DNA of 62,261 nt, counting the filler. It is 4 parts of 4 records of this genome, joined end to end, with 100 filler letters (N's around TTAATTAATTAA, not from the genome) between each part and the next. Parts side by side here need not be neighbours in the genome. Positions count along the whole stretch, not along the records: positions 1 to 24,667 come from DRR378314_2105; positions 24,768 to 37,557 come from DRR378314_2117; 2 more parts are not named here. One strand, given 5' to 3'. Made by a program: the position numbers and the translations under genes. Shown in pieces: positions 20,326 to 33,693 of the stretch. Under the pieces are notes generated by a model. It was not told where the DNA came from. It did no database searches and was given only the letters and a program-made list of their open reading frames with translations. How positions within the stretch are numbered: position 1 is the stretch's first letter; each line of letters starts with the position of its first letter.

Positions 20326-22575
20326 ATGACAAAAAACATATGGTTGATATGCTCATCAGGTTTGATTCTTCCGCTTTATACTCAAGCTCTTGAAAATGAT
20401 GATGTTCTGCATAAAAGTGATATGGAAGTTATCGAGGTTTATGCGCAAAAGAGAGCGCAAAAAATTGAAGACGTTGGTATCGCAATAAGTACTGTAAAAG
20501 GCGATGCGCTTAAAACACAGCATTTTAAAGATTCTACAGAGCTGTCTGTGTTTGCGCCAAATTTAAAAATTAGCCAAAATGCAGCAGAAGGTACGCCACC
20601 GGCTGTTAATATTCGTGGTGTAGGCTTGGTTGATTATAATACGGCAAATACATCGCCAGTGGCTATGTATGTCGATGACATTGCTGTAGGTTCTGCAAGT
20701 AATCAAATAGTTAACCTATTCGATATTGAGCAAGTTGATATTTTGCGTGGTCCACAAGGAACATTATTTGGGCGTAACTCTACGGGGGGAGCAATCCTTA
20801 TACGTTCTAAACGTCCAGAATTCGAACAAAGTGGATATATTACAGCGGGCGGTGCTAATAATAATGCATCAAGCTTCGATGCTATGTTCAATTTACCGAT
20901 TAGTGAGAATACAGCGGTTCGGGTGGCACTTAATCACCAAGACTATGAATATTCTACCAATAACATATATTTTGATGCCCCGACAGCTGGAATGGAGCAA
21001 ACAAATGGTCGTGTTTCTTTTTTAGCTGATTTTGATTCTGTTCAAGTATTAATTAAAGGCCATGTTTCTGATTGGGATGGTATCGTACAGCCAGTTGGCA
21101 GTATTGGTATAGTTGCTAACCCGCTCACAGGAGAGCGGTGTACGCCTGCGCAAGCTGGCTCATCGGCATGTTTCGATAATTTTGGATTTAATGTTGGGAG
21201 TGATGACTTTTATACTGTGAATGTTAATAACAATTCACCGCATAAAACCGATGGAAAAGGGATGAGTGCGCATTTAAATTGGCAATTGGATTCAGACAAT
21301 GAATTTATCTCATTAACCAGCTACAACACACTCGAACGCTTTCATGCATTTAATTGCGACGGATCACCCGCTAGATTGTGTGAAGGAAGCTTAGGTTTAG
21401 ACACTGATCTTGTGACTCAAGAACTGCGCTTACAGTCAAAACTCGGTGAACACTTTTTAACAACGGGACTTTATTTTTCTGATGAGTCTATAGGGCAGAA
21501 TAACGTTAATGATATTTTGCGTGATTATCGTGGTATTTTGCCAACAAATGTAACTGCTACATTTTTCTATGATAATGAAATAAAAACTCAGAACATCGCT
21601 GCATTTAGCCAGATTGACTATCAGTTAAACGAAAAATGGTTAATCACGGCTGGTCTTCGTTATTCTTATGAATCACTCGATTATGACTCAGTTTCAACTT
21701 TGAATGTGGTGGTTGACCCTACTGATTTAAAAGGGGTTGAAATTCCTTTTTACCATGTTAAAGGCAGTCAATCAGATAATGGCTTTTCTGGACAATTGGG
21801 TGTTAATTATAAGATAGATGATTTTACATCCGGTTATTATCGTTTTGCCAATGGCGCAAAAAGTGGTGGTTATAATGGTGGTTTTTTATCGTCTGTTGAG
21901 CAAGCTCAACTTGCAGATTACCAGAAGGAGCGATTAAACGCTCACGAAGTTGGGAGCAAATCATGGTGGCCACAACAAGGTGTTCGTTTTAATTGGGCAG
22001 CTTTTTACTATGATTATAATGATCAGCAAGTGTTTATGAATCAACCTTCAGCCTTTGAACAAAGTCCACCCGTTCAATTATTAGAAAATGTTGCAGACTC
22101 TGTTATTTACGGCGTTGAGGCTGAATTAGATTATTGGATAACCGACGCGCTTAATATAAAGTTTGCACTGGGTTACATTCCTCATGCAGAGTTTGAGGAA
22201 TATGTTGACCCCTTAGGCAATGTGCTTACAGATAACCGCTTGCCGTTTACATCTGAATGGAATCTCAGTGCAGGAGTTGAATATAGTGCAGATGTAGCAA
22301 ATAATCCTTTAAAAGCTCAATTAATCGTAGATTATCAATCAGATTATTATTTTGACCAAAATCAAAACCCTTATGCGATGCAAGATGGATATAGCATCGT
22401 GAATGCAAATTTTCAGTACCAAATAGATAACTGGGGATTTGCTTTATGGGGTAAAAATTTATTCGATACACAATACAGCCATTTAAAATTTGATTTAAGC
22501 TCTTTCCTTGGCATGCTTGAAGATTTTAAGGGTGAAGGTCGACGTTACGGGCTGGATATTAGCTATCAGTTTTAA
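20326..22575 (+). CDS. TonB-dependent receptor
   Basis: MEVIEVYAQKR TonB-box region, plug LRGPQGTLFGRNSTGGAI, C-terminal ISYQF. Confidence 0.92.
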   Translation: MTKNIWLICSSGLILPLYTQALENDDVLHKSDMEVIEVYAQKRAQKIEDVGIAISTVKGDALKTQHFKDSTELSVFAPNLKISQNAAEGTPPAVNIRGVGLVDYNTANTSPVAMYVDDIAVGSASNQIVNLFDIEQVDILRGPQGTLFGRNSTGGAILIRSKRPEFEQSGYITAGGANNNASSFDAMFNLPISENTAVRVALNHQDYEYSTNNIYFDAPTAGMEQTNGRVSFLADFDSVQVLIKGHVSDWDGIVQPVGSIGIVANPLTGERCTPAQAGSSACFDNFGFNVGSDDFYTVNVNNNSPHKTDGKGMSAHLNWQLDSDNEFISLTSYNTLERFHAFNCDGSPARLCEGSLGLDTDLVTQELRLQSKLGEHFLTTGLYFSDESIGQNNVNDILRDYRGILPTNVTATFFYDNEIKTQNIAAFSQIDYQLNEKWLITAGLRYSYESLDYDSVSTLNVVVDPTDLKGVEIPFYHVKGSQSDNGFSGQLGVNYKIDDFTSGYYRFANGAKSGGYNGGFLSSVEQAQLADYQKERLNAHEVGSKSWWPQQGVRFNWAAFYYDYNDQQVFMNQPSAFEQSPPVQLLENVADSVIYGVEAELDYWITDALNIKFALGYIPHAEFEEYVDPLGNVLTDNRLPFTSEWNLSAGVEYSADVANNPLKAQLIVDYQSDYYFDQNQNPYAMQDGYSIVNANFQYQIDNWGFALWGKNLFDTQYSHLKFDLSSFLGMLEDFKGEGRRYGLDISYQF

Positions 22576-22603
22576 CTGCGCGTTTATAATTTAAGGTGTC
22601 AGT

Positions 22604-24667
22604 ATGCCAAGACAGGCAATGCTAAAAATATTACTGTGTATTTTATTTTTGTTTTTTAGTAACTTAGTTGTTGCCAGCGCGCCTGAGCTATTCAATTATA
22701 CTGAACAAGAAAGTAAAACTAATTTATTGCAAAAAGGCCAAGTGCTTGAAGTAGTTAATGGCTCATTTCCTCGCAATAGTTTTGAAGTTGATGCGTGGTT
22801 GCAAGGCAAGCAGCCGCAAACAAGAACCACTTTTTTTGGCGGTAGCTTTTGGTTTGTTATTCATTTGGAGAACAAAACTGATTTAAATGAGCTTGTGCTT
22901 TATCCGTACAACACGTTGCTTTCAAAAATTGAAACACGTATTTATGATATGTCGGATGCCGAGCAGCCTGTAAAGCGCTATGAAACAGGTGGTTTATCAC
23001 CTAACGAATTTGCATTTCACTATGGCAATAAAGTGCAATTAACGCCAGGTACACCTTACATATTAATTGCGAAGTTCCAAAGTGATTACTTTTATACGCC
23101 ACCTAAACTCGTACTTGAACCTTACGACGCATTCTTTAAAAAAATTACTTCTGACAATATGATCATGCTGCTTTGTTTTGGCGTTGGCATTGCATTAGGA
23201 TTATATAATTTACTTATCTATTTTGGTGCACGCGACGTTACGCACCTTTACTATGCGCTATTTACAGCGTGCTGGGTTTTCGCATGGAGTCAGTTTTTTC
23301 ATATCCCGGATCAAATATTTGGTTTTTATAGTGCACATCTTCACTGGGTTGGTTTTACTTTAATTCCACTAACAAATATTTTATTTTTTAATAGCCTACT
23401 TAAGTTAAGAGAAACATCTCCAAAACTATCAAGTTTATCAATTGGCTTAGGTATCTTTGCAACCGCAGGGGTTCCTTTTGCAGTGGTGTGGCCAGGTTTT
23501 GGTTTTATTTGGGCGACTTTAGTCACAGGTGCAACACTGTGCTTGGGGATGGTTGTTGGTATAAGAAGTTGGATGAGTGGCTTTAAACCCGCGCGTTATT
23601 TTGTCTTAGCGTATTTGGCTATGGCCATTCCGAATATGATTGGTAATTTAACGAATCTTGGTCTAATTGAACCTGTTTCGATGGATCTGTATTTATTGGG
23701 CTTGATTGGTACTTCACTTGACGCGATGTTGCTTGCTTTTGCAGTGGCGAACAAATTTAGCTTATTACATGACAGTAACGTTGAATTGACCAAAAACCTA
23801 GAACAAAAAGTACAACTACGCACGCAAGAGCTTCAGCAATTAGCTGAAGAATTACGTGATGCTAGTGAGGCTAAAAGCCGTTTCTTAGCTAATATGAGCC
23901 ACGAGATACGAACTCCTATGACGTCGATCATCGGGTATGCTGATGGCATAATTTTAGGTGATATAAAGCCGCACGAGCGAAATCATGGAATACGCGTAAT
24001 TTTACAAAATAGTCGCCATGTACTTGGGTTAATCAACGACATACTTGATATGTCGAAGATAGAAGCAAACCGATTAGAGATCGAACTTGTTGAGACTGAC
24101 TTGTTTGCAACTATCGCTGAAATAGAGTCGTTGTTAGGTAAGCAAATTCGCGATAAGGGCTTAAAATTTAAAGTTGATTATGAATTTCCTTTACCAGATT
24201 GGATTGTGTGTGATCCAACAAGATTAAGACAGATACTTCTCAATCTGGCAACTAATGCACTTAAGTTCACAACAGTTGGCCATATTCAGTTGCTTGTGAG
24301 TTGCTCGAAAAACAAACTTAAAATTAAAGTGAAAGATACAGGTATTGGTATGACAGACAAAGAGCAAAAGGAGTTGTTCACGCCTTTCTATCAAGCTGAT
24401 TCATCCATATCACGCAAATACGGTGGCACCGGCTTAGGGTTGAATATTTCTAAAAACTTAGCGACTAAGCTAGATGGAGAAATAACAGTTCATTCAGAAG
24501 TAGGCAGTGGTAGTGAATTTTGCTTAGTTTTAGCACTATACACAACTGAGCGAACCCATTGGGTTGATTCATTTGATGATATACGTAAAGAGGAGGTAAA
24601 AAATACAGCGCCTGATAATTTACAGCGAAATTTGGTGGGTGAAGTTCTAGTAGCAGAAGACCACCCA
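22604..24667 (+). CDS. Hybrid sensor histidine kinase with 7TM-DISM sensor region (3' truncated)
   Basis: Periplasmic domain plus 7TM, FLANMSHEIRTPM, DTGIG and GGTGLGL boxes, receiver start VLVAED at the contig end. Confidence 0.9.
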
Positions 24668-24767
24668 NNNNNNNNNNNNNNNNNNNNNNNNNNNNNNNNN
24701 NNNNNNNNNNNTTAATTAATTAANNNNNNNNNNNNNNNNNNNNNNNNNNNNNNNNNNNNNNNNNNNN
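24668..24767. other. Artificial contig spacer
   Basis: N44-TTAATTAATTAA-N44 (stops in all six frames). Confidence 0.98.
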
Positions 24768-25288
24768 TTGAGACTGCCGGTGAAGCTCAGAGTGGCCTAT
24801 TTGCATCGTTGCCGCTTGGCTTGGTGATGATGTTTATTATCACGGTGGTGTTGTTTAATAACTTCCGTCAGCCGCTGGCGATCTGGTTTTTGGTGCCGTT
24901 GACCATTGTCGGCGTAGTGGCCGCGTTACTGCTAACCGGGCTGCCTTTCTCGTTTATGGCGCTGCTGGGCACGCTGAGTTTGATCGGGATGGTGATTAAG
25001 AATGCTATTGTTCTGGTAGAAGAGATCAATGTGCAACTGCCGCTGCACAAAGATCGCTATCACGCCGTGGTGCGCGCCGCCATTAGTCGCGTGCGCCCCG
25101 TTTCAATGGCTGCGCTAACCACCATGCTGGGTCTGATTCCGCTGATTAGTGATGCATTCTTCGCCAGCATGGCGGTCGCGCTGATCGGCGGGCTTGGTGT
25201 TGCCACGCTGCTTACTCTTATCGTGCTACCGGTGATCTATTGCGTGCTTTACCAGATCAAGATCCATGAGGATTCATCGAGCACTTAA
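24768..25288 (+). CDS. RND efflux permease (AcrB family), C-terminal fragment
   Basis: GMVIKNAIVLVE, SRVRPVSMAALTT. Confidence 0.88.
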
Positions 25289-26157
25289 TTCAGCGCAGCA
25301 GCGACCTCTTCAATTTGTAGCGCTAAGCTTTGTAGGCCGCCACCGGAGAGGTACCACAGAGCCGGGGTTAGCATCACTAGCTGGGGGGTAGTACCAGCCT
25401 CGGCTAGTGTTTGGCGCAGTTGGTCGGCATCCGCAGGTTCATTGCCAATGGCGGCGCTGCGATCAATGACCAGCACAACGTCTGGTTTGATGTCGGCAAT
25501 GGCATCAGCAGAAAGCGGTGTAAAGGTGCGCTCACCACGGGTTTCTGAGGTCACACTCTCCGGCATGCTGAGCGCTTCCACGCCTAGCACATCGTGAACG
25601 ACGGGATGTTGGTTAAGCATCAAGTTGCCGCCGTTGTGAGTGACGACCAGTGTCCTGGGGGCATTGCTGAGTGCTTCGCGTAGCGCGTCAATCTCTGTGT
25701 GGAGCGTTGCAAGTGCCTCATCAGCTTCACTTTCCGCCTCAAATTGGCTGGCGAGCTCACGCACGTTGTCGTCAAACGCCGTGAGGTAATTATCGCCTTG
25801 CAAACTGGTGTTAAGTAGCGGAGCAATATCACCAAGTGCTTCTTCCCAATCGCCCTGGCGGCCGGTGTAGAGAATCAGGCTAGGCTCGCTAGCGCTGATG
25901 GCCTCCATGTCCGGTGAGCGCAGGCCGCCAATATCGCTATAGCGGTCGCTAGCGTATTGCTCTAGGTAGGTAGGCAGGCTCTGCTTGGGGACGCCAACCA
26001 CTTGTTCGCTTAAGCCCAGCGCATCTAGCGTATCTAAACTGCCTAAGTCGAAGGTGGCGATGCGCTGTTCGGCATGAGCGTTTACGCTGATGGCTGAAAA
26101 CAGTACGGCTGTGGCGAATGTAGGAACGAATTTAGTGGCAAAAGAGGTAGGCTTCAT
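25285..26157 (-). CDS. Siderophore ABC transporter substrate-binding protein (FatB/CeuE-like)
   Basis: RIATFDLGSLDTLDALG, VVGVPK, VIDRSAAIG, WYLSGGGL. Confidence 0.85.
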   Translation of the reverse strand: MKPTSFATKFVPTFATAVLFSAISVNAHAEQRIATFDLGSLDTLDALGLSEQVVGVPKQSLPTYLEQYASDRYSDIGGLRSPDMEAISASEPSLILYTGRQGDWEEALGDIAPLLNTSLQGDNYLTAFDDNVRELASQFEAESEADEALATLHTEIDALREALSNAPRTLVVTHNGGNLMLNQHPVVHDVLGVEALSMPESVTSETRGERTFTPLSADAIADIKPDVVLVIDRSAAIGNEPADADQLRQTLAEAGTTPQLVMLTPALWYLSGGGLQSLALQIEEVAAALN

Positions 26158-26188
26158 CGTAGCTCCTTTTATGAGAAAATGTTTTATA

Positions 26189-26207
26189 TGCGATGGTTTC
26201 TCATATT
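26189..26207 (-). promoter_or_regulatory. Possible Fur box
   Basis: AATATGAGAAACCATCGCA upstream of the siderophore-binding gene; partial match to consensus. Confidence 0.4.
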
Positions 26208-26338
26208 CTCAAAAGAAGAGGCGCTATGTCGCCTTTTTATAACGGAACAAACTGTTGCGCAAAGCGTGACCGCCCTCACAGAGGAGGGCGGTGCTATTCG
26301 CGAAGACTAGGTCGTGATGAGGCGTTTATGGGACACGC

Positions 26339-27673
26339 TTATGAAGCGACACGGAAGGGGTTACGAGGGTCGTTGTCCCAGGCCAAGAATGGTTTGCCGG
26401 TTTCTTGAGGCACCATGGTGATGCAATTCTCCACTGGACAGGTGATTTGGCATAAGTTGCAGCCAACGCACTCGTCTTCGATTACCTCGTAACGGCGTGC
26501 GCCATCTTGCTCGGTGAGCTTGGCAATCGACTGATGGGAGGTATCCTCGCAAGCGATATAGCAGCGACCGCACTCAATGCACAGGTCCTGATCAATCTTG
26601 GCAATGGTTTTAAAGTTGATGTCCAGGTGTTTCCAGTCGGTGGTTTGGGGCACGGCTTTGCGCGAGAACGATTCAATAGAGTCGTAGCCTTTTTCTGCCA
26701 TCCAGCGTGAAAGGCCATCTTTCATCTCTTCTACAATGCGAAAACCGTTGAGCATTGCAGCGGTACATACCTGCACGCTGCCTGCTCCCAGAGTGATAAA
26801 TTCTGCCGCATCCCGCCATGTAGAAATGCCGCCGATGCCGGAAATCGGCAGCGTTGGCGTTGCCGGGTCGCGGGCAATCTCTGCCACCATATTCATCGCG
26901 ATAGGCTTCACGGCGCTGCCACAGTAGCCACCGTGGGTACTCTGATGGCCTACCGTGGGTTTGGCGACCATATTGTCCAGGTCGATGCTAGTGATCGAGT
27001 TGATGGTGTTGATCAGCGATACCGCGTCGGCGCCACCTCGTAGCGCGGCTTGGGCACCCACTCGAATGTCGGTGATGTTGGGGGTGAGTTTTACAATCAC
27101 CGGTTTTGAGTAGTGCTTCTTACACCAGTAAGCAACTTTTTCGATCAGGTCGGGATTTTGGCCGACCGCTGCCCCCATGCCGCGTTCCGGCATGCCGTGA
27201 GGGCAGCCCAGGTTGAGCTCAATGCCATCTGCGCCCGTTGCTTCCACGAGTGGCAAAATATAGGCCCAAGCGTCTTCGTTACAGGGCACCATGATAGAGA
27301 CAATCAGCGCTCGGTCGGGCCAGTCTTTTTTCACCTGGGTGATTTCTTGAAGGTTGATCTCCAGCGAACGATCGGTAATCAGCTCGATATTGTTGAAGCC
27401 GATCACCTCGCGGTTTTTGCCATAGTGCGCGGAGTAACGTGAAGAGACATTCACTGCTGGTGGCTCTTCACCAAGGGTTTTCCAGACGACGCCGCCCCAA
27501 CCCGCTTCATAGGCGCGTACTACGTTATAGGCTTTATCGGTAGGCGGGGCTGAGGCTAGCCAGAACGGGTTGGGGGCTTTGATGCCTGCAAAATTCACCG
27601 ACAGGTCAATGCCGTTTACTACGCTGTCGCCGCTGTTTTTGTTGCCTGGTGGTGTGAAGGGAAGTGTGTTCAT
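26339..27673 (-). CDS. preA: Dihydropyrimidine dehydrogenase subunit PreA
   Basis: NPFWLASAPPT, ELNLGCPHG, C-terminal CIECGRC and CVGCNLC ferredoxin motifs. Confidence 0.93.
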   Translation of the reverse strand: MNTLPFTPPGNKNSGDSVVNGIDLSVNFAGIKAPNPFWLASAPPTDKAYNVVRAYEAGWGGVVWKTLGEEPPAVNVSSRYSAHYGKNREVIGFNNIELITDRSLEINLQEITQVKKDWPDRALIVSIMVPCNEDAWAYILPLVEATGADGIELNLGCPHGMPERGMGAAVGQNPDLIEKVAYWCKKHYSKPVIVKLTPNITDIRVGAQAALRGGADAVSLINTINSITSIDLDNMVAKPTVGHQSTHGGYCGSAVKPIAMNMVAEIARDPATPTLPISGIGGISTWRDAAEFITLGAGSVQVCTAAMLNGFRIVEEMKDGLSRWMAEKGYDSIESFSRKAVPQTTDWKHLDINFKTIAKIDQDLCIECGRCYIACEDTSHQSIAKLTEQDGARRYEVIEDECVGCNLCQITCPVENCITMVPQETGKPFLAWDNDPRNPFRVAS

Positions 27674-29055
27674 GCGGCCTCCTGCTTGGCGGCAAGCGCT
27701 TGGTGAATGGCATGGGCAGCTAGTTTGCCGTGTTGAACGGCTTGAACAGTAAGATCTTGACCGGGGTTCACGCAGTCGCCACCCGCGTAAACATTGGGCA
27801 TTGAGGTGCGGAAGAAAGCATCAACTTGGATACGTTCGCCGTCGCGGGCAAGCTCTCTGGCGGCTTCATCCGTCAGGCTAGCGCTATCGAAGCCTTGGCC
27901 AATCGCCTTAAAGATGGCGTCGGCGGCAAGGTCGAATGTTTCACCAGTAGGTGTTAACTGACCAGCCCGATCGTGGGTCTTGGCAAAACGCATACCCGCC
28001 ACGCGCCCTTGGTCATCCAATAAAATTTCGTCTGGCTGAGCCCACGTCACCATGCGCACGCCGTTCGCTTTGGCAATTTCTTGCTCATGATCGGTAGCAG
28101 ACATCGCCTCTGTGCCGCGGCGGTAGACCAGCGTTACCTCTGTCGCGCCAAGCCGGGTCATTTGGGTCGCCATATCAATGGCGGTATTGCCTGCACCGAT
28201 CACAATGCAGCGCTTGGCGACAGGTAAACTCCCAAGGTCTTTGGTTTGGCGCAGGGTTTTAATGTAGTCAACGGCTGGCATTAAGCCGGGAGCATCATCC
28301 CCCGTCAGCCCTAGGGCACGGCTGGCACCAAGACCTAAACCGAGGAAAACGCTATCAAACTGCTGGTGCAGCGTCGCAAGCGACAAATTATCACCGAGGC
28401 GCTGGCCGTACTGAAGCTCAATGCCGCCTATTTCTAGTAGAAACTCCACTTCTTTACGGGCGAAGTCATCGGTCATCTTATAACGGGCGATGCCGTACTC
28501 ATTCAGTCCGCCTGGTTTTTGTTCGGCCTCAAAAATGGTCACCTGATGGCCTAGCATTGCCAAGCGATGGGCACAGGAAAGGCCTGCGGGCCCCGCGCCT
28601 ACCACGGCGATATGGCGGCCGCTGTTAGCTGCCCGCTTGAACGGGTGGCTTTCGAACTGCATATGGTCAGTGGCGTGGCGTTGCAGCAGGCCAATTAACA
28701 CTGGCTGGCACTCTGCATCATGGTTGCGCACACAGCTACGCTCGCAGAGGATTTCAGTGGGGCACACCCGGGCGCAGCTGCCGCCAAGAATGTTGGCTTC
28801 CAGAATGGTTTCTGCGGCGCCATTAATGTTGTTTTCGCTGATTTGGCGAATAAAGCTGGGGATATCAATATCCGATGGACACGCCTCAACGCAGGGGGCG
28901 TCGAAACAGTACAAGCAGCGCTGGCTTTCGATCATTGCTTGGCGGTGGGTTAACGGCGGATGGAGGTCGCTAAAGTTGCTTGCCAGTGTCGGTGGGTCGT
29001 AGGTGCCGACCTCTTGTGCACTTGGCAGGTGGTCAAGTAAATGGTTCACGGTCAT
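27670..29055 (-). CDS. preT: Dihydropyrimidine dehydrogenase subunit PreT (GltD-like)
   Basis: RCLYCFDAPC, GAGPAG, GAGNTAID; 4-nt overlap with preA. Confidence 0.92.
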   Translation of the reverse strand: MTVNHLLDHLPSAQEVGTYDPPTLASNFSDLHPPLTHRQAMIESQRCLYCFDAPCVEACPSDIDIPSFIRQISENNINGAAETILEANILGGSCARVCPTEILCERSCVRNHDAECQPVLIGLLQRHATDHMQFESHPFKRAANSGRHIAVVGAGPAGLSCAHRLAMLGHQVTIFEAEQKPGGLNEYGIARYKMTDDFARKEVEFLLEIGGIELQYGQRLGDNLSLATLHQQFDSVFLGLGLGASRALGLTGDDAPGLMPAVDYIKTLRQTKDLGSLPVAKRCIVIGAGNTAIDMATQMTRLGATEVTLVYRRGTEAMSATDHEQEIAKANGVRMVTWAQPDEILLDDQGRVAGMRFAKTHDRAGQLTPTGETFDLAADAIFKAIGQGFDSASLTDEAARELARDGERIQVDAFFRTSMPNVYAGGDCVNPGQDLTVQAVQHGKLAAHAIHQALAAKQEAA

Positions 29056-29092
29056 CTCTCCTGTTGGCTTTTTTCTTTTCTTGAGGAGCTGT

Positions 29093-31430
<2,338 letters not shown>

Positions 31431-31861
31431 AGAACATGCCCTCTCAAGTCATACGCGCCAACCGCATGCGTACGCATGTCGGTAGGTTACTGGTCAAGTA
31501 ACAAGTGTGTGATTACGTGGCGTGCAGCGGCGTCTTACGGTGCCTTTTTCGCTTAGCCTTGCTTGTGAAACGTGCTTTGAAAATAGCGTAATGCAAGCGA
31601 GGGTAAGCGAGCGTCTTATTGTTGTTTGTAAAGTTGTCTTGGTTGACAGCTTTTTGAAAATAGTCCTTTATGAGGTGTTGTTTCAAGTGTTTTTTAATAA
31701 TTTTTATTTGCTGTTTTAACTCTTTGATTTTTTAATGTTTTTATTATTTTTAGTGCTATTTTTGCTAAGTTGGTGAGGTGTCGTTCGATATTGGTGATAT
31801 TTAATTTTTTGTTTTAAAACATTGCGTTATGTTGTTTTGTTTTTGATTTTGATATTTTTTA

Positions 31862-31878
31862 TGCGTCTTTTTGGTGCG
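31862..31878. promoter_or_regulatory. Possible NtrC-type enhancer site
   Basis: TGCGTC-TTTTT-GGTGCG versus consensus TGCACC-N5-GGTGCA, about 140 bp upstream of the sigma-54 site. Confidence 0.4.
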
Positions 31879-32017
31879 TATTTTGTTTAAATGGCTACGC
31901 TTATTAATGGCTTTTAAGATCTGCAAGGCGAATAACAACAATCACGCTAAAAGTATGTGTATGTCTGCCTGTTAAGTCAGCTTTTTGATCAATGGGTTAG
32001 TGTTTGTGATTTTGTTT

Positions 32018-32034
32018 TAGGCACGCTTATTGCT
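32018..32034 (+). promoter_or_regulatory. Putative sigma-54 promoter of the NCS1 permease
   Basis: TAGGCACGCTTATTGCT, GG-N10-GC. Confidence 0.65.
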
Positions 32035-32089
32035 CTTAAAAGACTGACACCGTGAATTTACTGGGCTACAGCACTGCTGAGGAGACTAT

Positions 32090-33607
32090 ATGACTGGCTC
32101 AACATCCCGAATGGTGGACAGAGAGGGGTTAATTGAACTTGATGTAGGCAAAGACGTAGGTGATAGTCCTCGTTTCAATAAAGATATTGCGCCCACTCAG
32201 GCGAGCGAGCGCACTTGGAGTAAATGGAACATTGCGGCACTTTGGGTGGGGATGTCGATTTGTGTGCCGACCTACACGTTGGGTGGTGTGTTAACCGCCT
32301 ACTTTGGCCTGAGTGTGGGCGAAGCGCTTTTTGCCATTTTTCTAGCCAACGTGATTGTCCTGATTCCGCTCACTCTCAATGCCTTTCCTGGCACTAAATT
32401 TGGTATTCCCTTTCCAATTGTACTGCGATCATCGTTCGGTATTTTAGGTTCTAATGTGCCTTGTTTGGTGCGGGCTCTCGTAGGCTGCGGCTGGTTTGGC
32501 ATTCAAACGATGTTTGGTGGTTTGGCTATTCATCTTCTGTTATCCGAACTGGTCCCCGCTTGGGCTGCGCTGGGTGGGATAGGTGAAGTGATTGGCTTTT
32601 TTGTATTTGGTGCAATGAATCTTCTTGTGGTCATTCGTGGGGCTGAGTCGATCAAGTGGCTGGAAACCCTAGCGGCGCCATTGCTGCTTGCTGTGGGGGT
32701 TGGATTAATGATGTGGGCATGGCCGCACATGTCGATGACTGAGTTATTAGCGCAACCGCCTTCGCGCCCAGAAGGAGCGTCGGTATATGGCTATTTCTTT
32801 GCAGGGTTAACCGCGATGGTGGGGTTTTGGGCGACGTTGTCGCTGAACATTCCTGATTTCAGCCGGTTTGCCAAAAGCCAAAAAGATCAAATTGTTGGCC
32901 AAGTGATTGGGCTACCGCTGACAATGTTCTTCTTTGCAGCGTTGGGCGTTGTATTGACTGCAGCTTCAGAATCGTTGGTGGGACAAACGATCGCTGACCC
33001 AGTTAACTTGATAGGGATGATCAATAGTCCTTTTTGGGTCGTGTTAGCGATGGTGTTGATCATTGTTGCAACGCTTTCTACCAATACAGCCGCGAATATT
33101 GTCTCGCCAACCAATGACTTTCAAAATATTGCGCCAAAATGGATTAATCAGACGCGTGGCGTTCTGATAACCGGAGCAGTGGGTGTTTTATTGATGGGCT
33201 ACGATCTTTTGCAGAAAGCGGGGCTCATTGCTCAAGGGGTGTCGCTTGAGCAGATGTATTCAAACTGGCTGCTAGGATACTCCAGCCTGCTTGGCCCCAT
33301 TGCAGGCATCATGGCAGTGGACTATTTCCTAATTAAAAAGCAGCGCTTAGATGTGCCTAGCTTATATATGGATAACCGCGCTTATCCTGCGTTTAATGTG
33401 GCGGGTTTTATCGCGTTCGGCGTGCCGGTGGCACTGACGCTACTAGCACTGTTAACCGGCACCATGAACTGGTTCTATGACTATGGCTGGTTTACCGGTT
33501 CTGCGCTTGGCGCGATTGTTTATTACGCCGCAAGCCACGTTTTAACATCATCTTCTCAGGTAGGACCCGCGCCACACATGGCCAGCGAGACGGCAAAACT
33601 GCCATAA
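32090..33607 (+). CDS. NCS1 nucleobase:cation symporter (PydP-like)
   Basis: LWVGMSIC, GWFGIQT, WATLSLNIPDFSRF, STNTAAN. Confidence 0.92.
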   Translation: MTGSTSRMVDREGLIELDVGKDVGDSPRFNKDIAPTQASERTWSKWNIAALWVGMSICVPTYTLGGVLTAYFGLSVGEALFAIFLANVIVLIPLTLNAFPGTKFGIPFPIVLRSSFGILGSNVPCLVRALVGCGWFGIQTMFGGLAIHLLLSELVPAWAALGGIGEVIGFFVFGAMNLLVVIRGAESIKWLETLAAPLLLAVGVGLMMWAWPHMSMTELLAQPPSRPEGASVYGYFFAGLTAMVGFWATLSLNIPDFSRFAKSQKDQIVGQVIGLPLTMFFFAALGVVLTAASESLVGQTIADPVNLIGMINSPFWVVLAMVLIIVATLSTNTAANIVSPTNDFQNIAPKWINQTRGVLITGAVGVLLMGYDLLQKAGLIAQGVSLEQMYSNWLLGYSSLLGPIAGIMAVDYFLIKKQRLDVPSLYMDNRAYPAFNVAGFIAFGVPVALTLLALLTGTMNWFYDYGWFTGSALGAIVYYAASHVLTSSSQVGPAPHMASETAKLP

Positions 33608-33630
33608 ACTCGTTATATGTAAACGTCGTT

Positions 33631-33669
33631 AATAATCAAAGCTCGGCTAAGTGCCGAGCTTTGATTATT
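33631..33669. terminator. Bidirectional terminator
   Basis: AATAATCAAAGCTCGGC-taagt-GCCGAGCTTTGATTATT between convergent genes. Confidence 0.8.
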
Positions 33670-33693
33670 TTGTGCTTGGCATAACCAAGTGAG

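Noticed and set aside
31522-31719. 65-aa ORF in the pyrimidine divergent region
   Set aside because: GTG start without an RBS, in T-rich regulatory DNA.
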